Source: Piromyces finnis finn
Lineage: Eukaryota > Fungi > Neocallimastigomycota
Assembly (NCBI GenBank): GCA_002104945.1
Contig: MCFH01000001.1
Coordinates: 1,426,001 to 1,490,000 of the forward strand
Reading direction: 5' to 3'
Length of the DNA: 64,000 bases
Below are positions 28,701 to 48,442 of the stretch, in pieces; positions within the stretch are counted from its first letter, which is position 1; each line of letters begins with the position of its first letter. The notes under the pieces are model-generated. The model searched no databases. It saw nothing but the letters and a program-made list of their open reading frames with translations, and had not been told where the DNA came from. The position numbers were made by a program, and so were the translations under genes.

Positions 28701-31406
28701 ATCAAATTGATTTAGAATTAGAAATATAAAATATATATTTATAACGATTTGTAAAGAAAATAAATTATTTTATAATTAATATTATTTATTATTTAAACTA
28801 ATAAATATGAATGTAATATATTAAAAAAATGTATATAAAAGTCAAGTATTTTATTATAAAGGGAGAATAAGCTAAATATAAAATTCATAATAATTAAAAA
28901 GTAATACAAATTAATAATATATATTAAGCTTTATATTAACTAATGCTACATTAATTGTGATTCATAATACCTATAATATATAATGAAAAATTTTATAAAA
29001 TATGATTCGTTCATACCATAAAATAAAATTTTTTTAGTTTTAAATAAATTATAGTATAAATATATTGTTATATATTTCATTAAATTATTCTAATATACTA
29101 ATTGTTTAAAAAAAGTATATTATACATTTTATTAAATATAATTTTGTTATTGACTTTTTTATATTCATTTTTTAAGGAAATAAACTATACAGATCTATAT
29201 TTTTAACAACTCATAAATAATATTATTTCATAGGTTTATACTATACTATAACCATATATTAAATACCTTTTTATTAGTTCATTGTTTTTTAATTATTTTT
29301 AATCTTTATATCCTATTTTAAAAAATATATATCCATAAAATATAAAAAAGGCAAAATATGATTAATAATGATAATATAAATATTGATTAAACTCATTAAA
29401 CAATATTCCTTATATTTTATAAAATAAAACCTAGAAAGTTTAATTAGTTAAAATATAATTTTTTGTAATTTATTCATTTATTAGTTCTAATTAAAATATA
29501 TATATATATATATATAAATTTAGCAATATTAATTATATTTATTTCTTATTAAATAGCATTATGAAATTAAATATTCATTCTTTTCATACCTTCATAGTTT
29601 CTTAAATCCAATTTTGAATCCGTATAGTTAAATGCTGATGATCCAAACTTTTTTACAGACTACAACAACCCTTGGTTTTATATTAAAAAGGATTTTTATA
29701 TAATTTTATATAAAAGACTACTTCATTATTTTACTATAATATTTAGTATTAAACAAAATGTAAATAATATTTTATTTTGTATTTTTGCATAAAAAAAGTA
29801 ATATAATAAATGTTAAATGTTATAAAAAAAAAAAAAAAAGGCAATATAGCAAAGTTAAAATATATTTAATATTTAATTGCATTAGTCTAAATACTAATAA
29901 ATTAAATTAATGTAATTACTTTGAAAAAAATCAAGCTTTCATTAAATGAGCAATATAAAATGTTCATGTTTAACAAAAACTCAAATTTTTATTTTTTTTT
30001 TTTAGAATTTTCTAAGAAATATTGAAAAAAAAATTAATTTAAGAAAAAGAATTAAAATTAAAACCAAAAAATAAAGATAATAAAATTAGTAAATTTGTAA
30101 TTTGTTGCAAATCTGTTTCTTTCACTTTTTCAATATTCGTTTTTATAATAATTGAAATTCTATATCAAAAAGATTTATATCTACATTCCCTAGTGACTTT
30201 TACTTTAAATGATATTTTATAACAATAAATCGAGTATTATTTGAAAAATAAGGCTTTTCTATTAATTATAAGAAATAAATAATAGAAAAGCAATTATTGT
30301 TGATTTTCATAATAAAATAGTAAGATATAAAGTATACTAGCCTAAAATTATTCAAGAAATATTATAAATAAATTAATACACCTATTGCTTTTATTTTTAT
30401 GTTTATATACTATGTTCATTAATATACTCATATGAAATTGACCTTCATACATTTTTAAAATATCGAATACCAGTAATAAAATACTAATTACTAACAATTT
30501 ATAAATATAAAATTCAAAAAAGATATTTAACTATTTTAGTTTTAAATTTATTTAAAATATAATTATAATACAATGCAATATATGATATAATAAGAAATGA
30601 AAATAATTTTTTATTACTATATATATAAATATAAATAATATATAAAAAATAAAGAAAGATTTAACATTTATATTGTGAAACCTTCCTTTTTTAAATAAAA
30701 AATTAAAAATCTGGATTTGGTAATTTTTAATTTATTATATTAAAATTTTAAAGAAACTACTTTTCATTATAAAAATGAAAAGCAAATCTAATTTCCTAAA
30801 AAGGAATTATCTATATTAATTCTTTTTTTGAAAAATAAATAAAATATTATATAAAAAGATGGTTCATTAAAAGTATTTAAGATGATATAAATGTTTTTTG
30901 GTGAGTTCCTAATTACTAAATTCTATATGGCATAAAAAGTTAATAATGTAGTATTCCATTAACACTTTTATAGTATTTTTCATTAAAATAGTTTAAAGTA
31001 TATTAATTTATATAATTAAAATTGATTAAAAATAAATCTTATAATTTCAAGATTCAAGACTTTTCTATATATTTTTTATTTCTATAAACAATACCATTAT
31101 ATATTTTTAGTAATAATAGCTTTCTGTTTGATAAATTGATAAATAGTTTATATTTACATCTTTAAATAATTACAATGTTAAAAAAATTTTTTGATTCAAT
31201 TCTATATTTATTTTATTAATTAAAAGGTATACTCTTTTTTAAAAGACCAAATTATTTTAAAAAAATGACTTGGTTTTATTTTTCATCCAATAAAAAATAA
31301 TATAAAAAGTTGTATATATAATACAATAATACAATACCGATTGAAAGATTAACAAAAAAAAAAGATATATATACAAACATTATTCTAAACTATATAAACT
31401 GACATA

Positions 31407-31409
<3 letters not shown>

Positions 31410-31444
<35 letters not shown>

Positions 31445-31474
31445 TTCCGAGTGCATTTCTCCCATCGATCAGAG
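31410..31474 (-). mobile_element. Tiny 5'-truncated retroposon insertion (about 33 nt body plus poly(A)) with 14-bp TSD
   Basis: AAACTGACATAAGT occurs at 31396-31409 and 31475-31488, flanking a poly-T run and AACTTCCGAGTGCATTTCTCCCATCGATCAGAG. Confidence 0.8.
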
Positions 31475-34400
31475 AAACTGACATAAGTAGTTAGATTATT
31501 AAAAATCTTTGCTAAATAAATATTATAATTTATTAATTTTATTAATAGAATTTTCTAAATATTACATTTTAATTTCTTCAAATACTATACGCATAGGTTT
31601 AGGCAATTAAACTTTAGCATTCAAATAATTCAAAAATTATAATATTCATTAAATATAATAACTTCTAGTTCAATTAAATTAAATTTCAAGAACTCAAAAC
31701 AAGTTTAATATAAATTATTAATTATTAAATTTATTTATCTTAATTATAATATTTACAAATATGGCAATTTTATAATACCATAAAATTAATAATTATGATT
31801 TTTTAATTAAATATTATATTAGTTTATATTAGATTAAAATTTATTTTAATGATTTAAATAATCAATAATAAAAAATATTTTACTTTTCAAGTATTTTTTT
31901 TTTTTTTTTTTTTGCAACATTCTTATTTATTATTATTTGTCTTCGTAAATATTTAAATTTTTAATATTTAAAGATTTATGAATAATGGCATCAATAATAG
32001 AGCAATAAAAATTAATAAATACATTATGTATCGTTATATAGTCAATTATCTTACTCAAAAAATTTTACATAAAAATAATTACATTATTATTACTATAAAT
32101 GAATCTTTTTTTATTTGCATTTAATATATATTCAATTAAATAATATTATATTATATATATAATAATATTTTATTACATATATTTATTCTATAAAAATTAT
32201 ATTGATTAAACTATAATCATAAATAAAAATTGTAAAATTTGTTTATATAGTATATCTATATATTTTTAATTTATAATTTCAAACTCATCCAAATCAATAA
32301 TTATTCATTAATGAACATTTAAATTGCAATTAAAAAAGAAAAAAAAACTGTAAAACAGTATTCAAAAAGAGAAAAGAAAAAAAAAGATATTCAAAGTAAA
32401 AAAAAAAAAAAATAGATCTATACTTTTTAAAAAATAATTATTATTTAATTTTTGCAAAAAAAAAAAAAAAAAAAAAAAAAGATAAATTGTCAAAAAAAAA
32501 TTTTTTTTTAAAAAAAAGAGAAATAACTAATAATGGTAATATTTAGGAATAATATTTTAAAGAAAGAAAGAAAATAGTTATTATTATTTAAATTATAATT
32601 AAAAAAATAATAAAGTATAATTATAATTTTATTATTTTTAATTAAATATCAAGTTTAAACTTTAATAAAAAATTTTCATTATAAAAGATCATAATAAAAT
32701 GAAAAGTTTAATATCAAAATTTTGATTTTTATAGTTATTATCTAAAAATAAAATTTTAAACTCAATATAAAACTTAAATAGTTAAAAAAAAAGGGAATAA
32801 TTTTTTCATACCTCCATAAATCTTGTCAATATAATTTAAATATATGTTTTTTTTAATTGAAATGGAAACAATATTCTAATAATCATTCTTATCTTAATTT
32901 ATTAATGATTAGATTCTTATTATTTATTAGAATATACCTAATAGTTTTGATATTATTTTTAACACATTTACAATGGAAATATTTCAAATAGTAGCAATTG
33001 GTTTGCTATTATTTAATATGTAATTAACACAGTTTAATATTTTAATAAGCTTACAAACAATTAAACAACGACAGAAATTTATTTTCATTAAATTAAAATA
33101 AAATAATGAATTGATAAAAGTATTACATTCTATAATATATTAAATAATGATATATGAATAAATCAAATTTAGTATATATATACAATATGCAAAACTTAAA
33201 TTAATTTTAGAGGTTATAGAATTTCAAAAAGTATGTATTACTACTTTTTAATTAGTGATAAACATAATTAAAATTAATATATCATTTTAATTAAAATAAT
33301 ATGGATGACTAAGAAAAAATAATAAAATAAATATTTCCTAGTACTAATAATAAATATAAAAATAAATAAATAAATAAAAAGCTTATTACTAATGATGATA
33401 TATTATTATAGAAACTATTAAAATAAAATTATATTTAAAATTAGGAAAAAAAAAAAAAAGTAATTGTCAACTAATCACCATGAATGAAAATAAATTATAC
33501 TATTTTTCCGCCTTTTAAAAGAATAAAAAATAAAATATTAATAATAAAAACTATAAGAACAATATATAAATAATAATATAAAAGGAATCAATACAATTAA
33601 ACATTTTCATTCATTAATAAATTTACTTTCAATATCTTACATTAGTTATAATCCTTGTTTTATTTTTTATTGCTTAAATATGAACTAATTAATTTATTTT
33701 TAATATTCAATTATTTGTTCGTAATTCATCAAAATATATATATATGGGTAATTGAAGATTATAACATAAATATACTAAAATATTGATTTAATGCAGGTAA
33801 AATATTTTTGTTGACCATTAAATCAAGTTTTTGTCTATTCAATATGTTTATAAACTTTTTTATTGATCATTTTTTGAATAAATACATTAAATTAATAAGA
33901 AATAAAGAAGAAAAAATCAATTTTTAAACTATTTTATTACATTATTTTTATAGAATAAGTTTTTTTTTTATACTTTTTTATAAACCATTTATATATTACA
34001 TATATCAAAAAGAGAAAAAACAAAAAGTCATATTAAAATAAAAAAAAAAGTTAATTTCGTAATATTGGATAATAATCGAATAATTGATAAGAGTATTAAC
34101 CTACAGATTTTATATAATATTATTATTATGAGAAATTTTATTTAAATATTAATTTACATAATAATTATTATTATGATCCTTTTAATATATCTTCAATTTT
34201 TAAGATCTATTTCCCTATCCTATAAATTTTTTATTATCTTTTTTTTCTTTAAAATTAATAGCTTGATTGGATAAAAATAATAATATAGCAAAAATTCATT
34301 AATAATTAAACTTTTTCAAGCAATAAAGAAATATTCCTTGTAATATTATACAAATATATTAATTATAAATTAGCACTTTAGGATTAAATAAAAAATATTC

Positions 34401-37032
34401 CTATATTGTTCTAATATATAGTAATAAAAAAGAAAAATATTAAAAAAGTAATATATTAAGTTTAAATAGGGGAGATTCACCATTGAATATGGTAATACAA
34501 TAATGTGTAATAATAATTAGATATAAAAAAAAACTATATTTTTATACAATAAAAGAATTAATATTGTATATTTAAGATTAATATTAATAATAACTTAATG
34601 ATAATAACATCATAATTATTAATATTAGATACTAATATATTTAAAATAAGTTAAAAAAATAATTTCTTAATAAGAAAAAAAAATAATTTCTAGCATACAG
34701 TAAATAAAATATGTATTTGATTAACAAATAACAAAAATAATGTTAAGTACAATTTTTTTTTTCATTCCTTTTTTTTCTTCGGTAATAGATTTAAATTTGT
34801 CTCAGTTTCATAATTAATTAAAATAATATTAAATTTTTTAATCAATTATAAATTAAGATTTCAAAATTAAAAAAAAAAAAAAAAAAAAACTAAGCCTTTT
34901 TTAATTATTTATATTTTTAAATATAACTAAATACTAATATTAATTATAATAATAGGTTATATTAAGTAACAATGATAAACGGATAATTATTATTATTAAT
35001 AATAACGATTAATAACTTTTGTTATTATAGTAATTATATAATTAAAAAAACAATAAACTTAAAATTATATCTTATTTGTTACTACAATACATAAAAAAAA
35101 AAAAAAAAAGAATGTGATAATCACTTTTTTATGAACTAAAAGTTACTAATTTTAGATAATAAAGAAAATACAGAAATAAATAATTCCATCAAAAATACAC
35201 CAATAATATAATAATACATATATATAAATATAACAGGTCTAAAAAATATTATCAATATATATGACAAAATTATTGTACGATTTAAACATATAAATATTAC
35301 CAAAAAAGGATACAGTTCATTAATTAAATTGTTTTAAAATAAATTACAACTCTATTTAAATAGAATGCATATTTAATAATAGATATTATGCTTAAAATGA
35401 ATAAAATGACTTTCAATATGACAAATATAAAAATATATGACAGTAATATTTGCAGTAATATTTATTATTATATAAACTTTATTTAATTGATATTTTAATC
35501 TTCCTTGTTTCATTTTAATGTTACAAGGAAGATTAAATAATTAAAAATTAAAAGAAATATAAATAAATATATAATATTACTAAAAATGTATAATGGAATA
35601 CATAATAGTCATTAATAGTCAGTAAAAATGATCTAGAACTATAGCGTTCTATTAAGATCTATACCTTATTTCTAACACAAATAATTAAATTATCATTAAA
35701 AAAAGAATACTAAATTATTTAGGTACTCTATATTACAATAAAATAGTATATTGATAATATATAAAAGAAACTAAATATTAATTATTTTAATAAAAATATT
35801 TATATTGGTAAACAACCTTGCTCTATGTTATAACAGGGGCTTGAAGGTTATATATTTAATTAAATTATAATCATTGTTTTATTTCTGCAAAAAAAAAAAA
35901 AAGTATAATACATACCAATTAGAAAAGATAATAGAATTGTTTTCATAATAAATTGATTGTATTAATGGAAATTAAAAGTATTAATGGAATATTAATTGTT
36001 TTATTTTTTATTAAAATATTAATATAGTATATATAATTTAATTATGCAAATTATTATGGTATACTATTTAATTTAAAATTGGATAAAACGAAAGTTTAAA
36101 TTATATTACTTGTTTTATAAATATAAAAAATACACAAAAACAATAAATATTAATATGCTGATCAAATTCTTCTATTTCCCTTTAAATGTATTTTTTTTCA
36201 TATATTTTTATTTTTATAATGATTAAAATTAGTAATAGAATTATCCAATAGAATATTCTGATGTAACGTTAACTGTAACACAAGGAGTAAGAAAATGAAA
36301 TTATTAAATTAAATTATTAAAATGAAATTCAAAAAAGGAAATGGTAATTAAAGTAGAGTAAACAATAATAATAAATTAATATTATCATATAATAATAATA
36401 ATTAATCATAAAATAAATAACTCTAATGAATACATTTTAAGAAAAAGAAACGAAAAATAAATATATTAAAATATTAATGTGTAACTTTATAAAAAAATAT
36501 ATATAATTTAAATGTAATTATTACTTATCATTATGATTACATAATTTTTAAAATAATTAAAAGTATTATTGCTAAGGTCGTTAAGATTACTATTACTGTT
36601 TCTTTTATTGTTAAATGCGATTTTAATGTAAATTAAAAATTAATTATGTGATAATTGTTATATATAAATTTTATATGTAATTTTGGTAATTATCGAAATT
36701 AATATTATCTAAATATAATAGGATAAACTATTTATTATTAATATATAATTATAATAATATAAAATACCATAAATAATAGAGAACATTTATTTATTATTTA
36801 AAATTTCAGGTTTTCTTTTATTATTATTATTATTATTATTATTAAAGAATATAATTTAAATAATTATTAGGTTAGGTTTATATTTTTAAATTTACTAAAG
36901 GATTAGGTTTATAAAAGTAGAAGTTATAAATAACTTTGATTTATAAATATTAATATTCCTATTATAATAAAATATGTTATCAATTACTTATGAAATTAAA
37001 AGTGTTATTATACTTTTACTATTGTTGTTGTT

Positions 37033-37095
37033 ATTATTGTTTTTTAACTTTCGAGTGCATTTCTCCCATCAATCAAAGTAAACTCTAATGGTGGT
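37033..37095 (-). mobile_element. Second, older copy of the same tiny retroposon
   Basis: TTTTTAACTTTCGAGTGCATTTCTCCCATCAATCAAAG is nearly identical to the 31441-31474 body. It has a shortened T tail and a possible TATTGTTGTTGTT duplication at 37020-37032 and 37096-37108 (low complexity). Confidence 0.65.
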
Positions 37096-37953
37096 TATTG
37101 TTGTTGTTGTCACTTTTATTATTAGAAGAACGGAATACTTTTTAAAATAAAGAAAAAAGTATTGATTCTAAATTTAAATGTAACAGTACTAAATTTAATT
37201 ATTTTAATTGATATTTAATAATTTATTTTCTTTTAAAACCTAATAGGTTATTTAGAATATTTAATATTATTATTAGTTATTGGAATAAAAGATTAATTTC
37301 TAATTATTATTTTTCATTCTTTACTATTGATTTTATATATCAATATTACTTTTTATATAATAAAATATTAGAGTAATCTTTTAGGTATTTTAAATTATTT
37401 TTTATATTATATCAAATGATTATAATTTTATTTTAAATAAATTCATTATTTTAATACTGTAATTATATTTCATTACTTTTATTATTATTTATATGATTTA
37501 GAACGACAATAATGCCAAAAAATAAAATGAAAAAAATTAAATTTATTTAAAATTTTAAAAACGAGTTTATTTCAAAAATATTTAAATGTTGAAGTAAAAA
37601 TGTATAATAATATACTTAAAGTTAATGATTTAAAAAATAAAGAGTATCAAAAAAAAAAAAAAAAAGAAAATTTTTTTTCTTTTTGATATAATTATATAAA
37701 AGATCTTAATTTTAATTTTTGTATTTCTTCATTTAATGATGTATATATTTACAATAAATAATAAAACAATAAAACAGAATAGAACAATATATATATATAA
37801 TAGGACAAAAAAAAAATAAATGTTATAAAAAATATTAATTATTGTATTATGTCAATATAAATATGATACTAATTATAAAAAGGTATAGACTCTAGTAAAT
37901 TGTGCTATTTTGTTTTCTTATTGTTTCTCTTTGTTAAAGGCTTCATAAATTGC

Positions 37954-38080
37954 TTATTTATATATAAAACTAGAAAAAGTATTAGCTAATCTTTCTTTAA
38001 GATCATTTTCATATGGATTAATTTCAATATAAGTGTATCTACCATCTTCTTTATCTTTACCTATAAACAAAAATAATGAT

Positions 38081-38111
<31 letters not shown>

Positions 38112-39302
38112 TTGTTGTTTATTGTATATAAGAGATAAGAGTAACATAGTTATACTCACTGTAAGATGTTAAACCATACCAACGACATATTGAATGAACA
38201 ATAAGACGGTGAAATTCATCATCAATTTTCCATGAAACTATAAAATGTTTTTGATTTAAATTATTAAGAATGTTTTCAAAAACGGAAAGATTATTCTTTT
38301 TTTCTTTCTTAATTTTTTGACCTAATTGAATAAGTTTATCAGAGAGATTTTTTTTACTTTTTTTACTTTTACTATTTTTTAATGATTTAGAAGAAGATTC
38401 TTCTTCAACTTCTTTTACAATATCTTGAAATTCTTTTTTAATTTCTTCTTCTTCTTGTTGCTTTTTTTGATTTTCTTTCTGAATTTTTAATAGTATAAGC
38501 CTAATATTCTTTTCATAACTTTTAATAACTTTTTTATATTGTGGCTTTTTCATTAAATTTTGTTTGAGCTTACGGTCAATACGAATTAAATTATCTGGTC
38601 CATAAGAAGCTTTTATTAATCCATCTTTGTTAATAAAAGTATTTGTATATTTAGCAATACGTTTTAAGAATAAATATTGACGGTCATCGTTAATGTCAAT
38701 GAAACTTGAAATATTTATGCCATTTTGACATAAATTAACAAGTTTAGTAAATGGAGATGGTGACTTTACCGGATATTGTGCATTAATATCTTGTGCTTCA
38801 TAATGAATTTGTCTAGCAATAGGATGATTGATAAAATTATCTAGAATTTAAAATAAAATTTATTTATTAAAGAATTCATTAATTTCTTTTTCATTCCTTT
38901 TTTTTTTTTTATTTTTTTTTTTATTTATTTTAAAATAATTTATTAAAATAGATGAATAAAAATAATGATTATTAACCATTGATCCAACGATTTCTTTTTC
39001 TTGAACCCATTCTTTCATTTCTTTCTTCATAACCATAAATAGTATCAATTTTCGTTTTGATTTTTTCTTGTTGTCTAAGGGATTTTGTTATTTTTTTTAC
39101 ATTTTCTACTGTTTCCTTATCATTGGTAATAAAAAATGGTGCATTGTTATTACTACAAAAAAGAAACAAATCAATTAATTATTAATTAATAAAAAAAAAT
39201 ACCTTATATATATATATATATATAATAAGATAATTACTTGAATCTTTGAAAGGATTCTCCTTCATTACTAGTAGTATTATCCAAAACTTGTCCTCTTGCC
39301 AT
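37954..39302 (-). CDS. R3H-associated N-terminal domain plus R3H domain protein (R3HDM4-like nucleic-acid-binding protein)
   Basis: Spliced reading: MARGQVLD..., MGSRKRNRWIN/DNFINHP (R3H-associated motif), and IVSWKIDDEFHRLIVHSICRWYGLTSYSKDKEDGRYTYI (R-x3-H core). Confidence 0.82.
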
Positions 39303-40356
39303 TTTGAATTTTTAAAATTTTACTTTTAATATATTTTGTAGTAGTAATAGTAGAATTAAAAGATTTATTATTTATTTATATATATCAATAAAGCAATTCA
39401 TTAATGAAATTCTGTTTATAATAATAAATAATTTTATATTTCTTCTTTCATTCCTCCTTTTCTTTTTTTTTTTTCTACTATTTTTTACTTATATTTTCAT
39501 TTTTATTTTTTTCTTGCTTTTATTTGCTTTTATACTTAATAACCAATTCCATTCCACTTTTTTTTTTATGTTTATATATATATATATATAAAAATTATTT
39601 ATTTATATTACATTAGCTTCTTCTAAGGTATAAATTTAATATTTACTAATTGTTTTTATTCTTTTTTGCTAAAGATTTTTCGCTTTCCTTTTTTTTTTTT
39701 TTGTTATATATTTAAATATTGTGATATATTCTGAATAAGATCCTTTATTACTTTGTTTCAAAATTGTTTTGTGGATTAGTTATGTAACTGTGGCACTTAA
39801 ATTTTTGATAATAAATCTAATAATATTGTTTTTATTTATAACCTAACCATTCAATTATATATATAAAATGGATTTGATGATTAATCTGTCTATCGTCTTT
39901 TTTAGATGCTTAAACAATTATTCATGAATACTACTTTGATTTTAATAATAAAAAAGTTTTATTTTATTTTTTTTTTTTGCTATACTTATTTAAAGAGAGA
40001 TTATTTTTTATTTATATTTATAGTTTAATGAACTATTAAATATAATTATTTATACTAACTAGTTTTTCTCCTATTATTATTGACATATGATTTTTAGTAT
40101 AATACATGAAATAAATACATCAGGTGCAAATAATAATTTAATAAAAAGTTTTTAATTATATATTATTATTATAGATATTTTAATTTTTATTTATTTTATA
40201 AATTTATTTAGATTATTATTATTTCTATATATATAAATATTTATCAAAATTTTTATTTACAATATTTTTTTTTAAAAATAAGATGTTATTAAAGTTAAAT
40301 TAAGAATAAAGGAATAAATAAAAACAATAACTAAAAAGCTATTTAAATATATATTT

Positions 40357-40389
<33 letters not shown>

Positions 40390-40636
40390 AGGTTGATAAT
40401 GAATTACTAATTTATAATTTATATATTAGTTGTGGTATCTTTGAAATAATAAAATTTAAGTAATTATGGATATATAAAATTTTGATTTCTAAAACGTAAA
40501 ATTTAAAATTTAATTTGTTATTTTAGTATAGTTTTTCCAAAAAAAAAGAAAAAAAGAAGGATGCGCATTATATATATTAACGAATAATTATATAATAAAA
40601 TTATTATATTAAAAAAGAATTAAGGTAGTATTCCTT

Positions 40637-45170
<4,534 letters not shown>

Positions 45171-46894
45171 TTTATTATTTTAATCTAATCTTTTGTTATT
45201 GTATATACTTTGGTATAGAAATATATAAATAGGAAATTTTATTTTTTTTAAAAAAATATAGTGGAATATAATATTGCAATGAAATAATGCTTTTATAACT
45301 TTAATTATATATTATAATAAATATATTTTGGTTTTTGTAAAAAATAGTGTCATAAATTCATCTATCAAATCTAAATCCAAATTTAATTAATATTAATATA
45401 ATCCTTAAGGTATATTTATATATTTACAAATTAGTATTAATAAATATGATAATATTTATTTAAATATTTTTGAATGAAAATAAGTATCATCCATATAAAT
45501 ATTTAGTTGTATATTTTATCTTAAAAAATTTATTATAATTATTAATAAATAGTAAAAAATGAAATAAAGTTATTTACTACATATAGAGAAATACACAAAA
45601 AACTTTAATATCCTCATTAATTAAAAATGTTTCTCCAAATATAATAAGTAATTTAGATTAAAAATTTTAAAAAATTAATATAAATGATTATAGGGTTAGA
45701 AAACATCAAATAAATAAAAACAAATTTTAACAAGCAATAAAACGATAATCCTGTAATTTTTATATACAATATTTTTGAAAGAATTAAAAAAGTAGTTGTT
45801 AAATTTGTAATTGTTATTTTATTTAAAGACTTGTATTTATTTATATATTTTTATTATTTATTACTAATATATAAAGTGGCCATTAAAATAATAGTAATAA
45901 TTTTATACTTTAACAAAATGTTACATGATAAATAATGCTATTTTTTAAATTCTTTAATTCCAAATTATAAAATATTACTATTTCTTGTATATTATTATAC
46001 TTTTTATTTATTAGAGACTGGTAAATTCTATAATTAAAAGCATTTTTTTTATATTAAGTTTTAACATTTTCATTATCTTTTTGAATAATATTAAATTATA
46101 ATTTTGTAAATAATAAAAAGTTTCAATTTTTTATGGTTTGATTTTTATAATAATTTAATCCAATGATTGTGGTCCAGCGTTAGAAAAGTAATGCGTTATA
46201 TAAAATCATGATTATATTAAATAAAGTTTAAACTATTTAATTATATGTTTCATTATTCATTTGTATAAAAATAAAAAATATATTCTCCTATGTTTTTTTT
46301 TATAACAGTTATAGGCATTTATTAGGGCATGTAGATATGAGCAATTTGTTATAATACCTATAAATGATAAATTTTTATATTTAATATATAAATAGTTATA
46401 TACTTTTAAATTTATTATTTCATGTTTTATATAAAATAGATAAAACAGCTTAATACTATCTTTTTTTTTATATTTATTTTTCTCTTTAAATATAAATATT
46501 AACAAGGAATATTTTAACATTTTCTAATATATTGATTAATTAATGACCATATATTAAATTATATAGTTGAATTATTTTATATATATTGATATATACAATT
46601 TCCAATTTAACAAAATACATTATTTATTATATTAATAATTTGCTATTTTTATTATATAAATAATTCTAATATTAAAAAAATATAATAAAGAAGAAAAAAG
46701 ATACTTTATAAACTTATTTTCTTTTAATATTTTTTTTTCTTTAAATCTTGTTTTATATATATATTTAATAAATAATAATTTAAATTGAATTATATAATTA
46801 AATATAATTAAATAATAACAATAATAATAAAAAAAGAAGAAATAATATCTTGTTTTTTTTAGAAGAAAATTAAGGTAAATATTTTTGTACTTGC

Positions 46895-46927
<33 letters not shown>

Positions 46928-47248
46928 AAATTTGTCAATACTTATTAGTATAAACGAATTTCGATTAGTTGAAATTACTGATAATAGAATATTTATTATA
47001 TTACTTTTGAAATAAGCATGATAAATTTAATTAATGTATACTGAAATTGTATAAATTATTTTTCACTTATTTATTTTTTATATATAAATTTGAAACATTT
47101 CACATCCATTAGAAAACAAAAAAAGAAAAAAAAAAAAAGTTGAAATACTTTTAAAACAACGAAAAACAGACTCATATAATTTATATAGAGTTAATAAGAA
47201 AATATAATTATAATTTAAATATATATATAATAAAAAGAAAAAGAAAAA

Positions 47249-48376
47249 ATGCGTTACGCCTATAAAGGAATAACTTCATTATTTTTAGCATCTTTAGTTG
47301 CTGGAAAAGTTTATTTCAAAGAAACCTTTGACGATGATTCTTGGAAAACAAGATGGGTTCAAAATGAAGATTCTAAAACATATAAAGATTTTGAAGTAAA
47401 TACATAGCTATTTAATTAATAATTATTAATGAAGCATTATTTAAACATTTTATTATATAAAACATTATTTTATATATATTCAAATTAAATGTTTATCATA
47501 ATATACACAACTTATAAATATTATTAAAAAAATTAATAATTAAAATCTATAGACTGTAAGCGGTCTTTTCAATCCAAATCCATCAAACAAAGGTAATTAC
47601 AAATGAAATTATAATAAAAAATGATATTAATATTGATATATAAATATAATATTAATAATTAATATGATATGCTAATTTAATAATTTTAGGTTTACAAACA
47701 ACTGTTGATAATGCCTTTTATGCTATATCAGCTCCTCTTGATGAAATATTCTCAACTAAGGATAAAACATTAGTTATTCAATATACTATGAAGCAAGAAG
47801 ATAAATTTTCTTGTTCCTCAAATTATATTAAATTATTCCCTCGCAATTTGAAACAAAAAGAATTAAACTTTAGTTCTCATTTTAATCTTCTTTTTGGTCC
47901 AAATAAATGTAAAGCATTTAACCAAACACAAGCTTTCTTAACTTACAACCAAAAACAAAATTTACTTAAAAAGCAAGTTGATACAACTGCCGATCGTTTC
48001 ACCCATTTATACACTTTTATTGTTAAACCAGATCAATCTTATCAAATTTTAATTGATAATGAAGAAAAAGCCAGTGGTCATTTCTTTGATGATTGGAATT
48101 ATTTAGAACCAAAGATGGTAATTTTTTTATGTTGAATTCATATTGATTTAATAATAAAATATATTTTATTTAATTATTAAATATTGAATAACATTAATTG
48201 ATAATAGATTCCAGATCCAAAGATTAAAAAACCAATTAATTGGGTAGACGAAGAGTATATATTAAAATTTTCTCTATTATTGAAATATAAACAAAATATT
48301 ATTAAATGTTATTCCAATAATTATAATTGATTAACAAAAAAATATTATAACATTATTTATACATTTATAATTTATT

Positions 48377-48442
<66 letters not shown>

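Noticed and set aside
29620-29700. Slightly GC-richer patch reading NADDPNFFTDYNNPWFYIKKDF and containing TGATGA
   Set aside because: It is flanked by stops, has no splice partner and no downstream CTGA box D, so neither an exon nor a snoRNA is supported.
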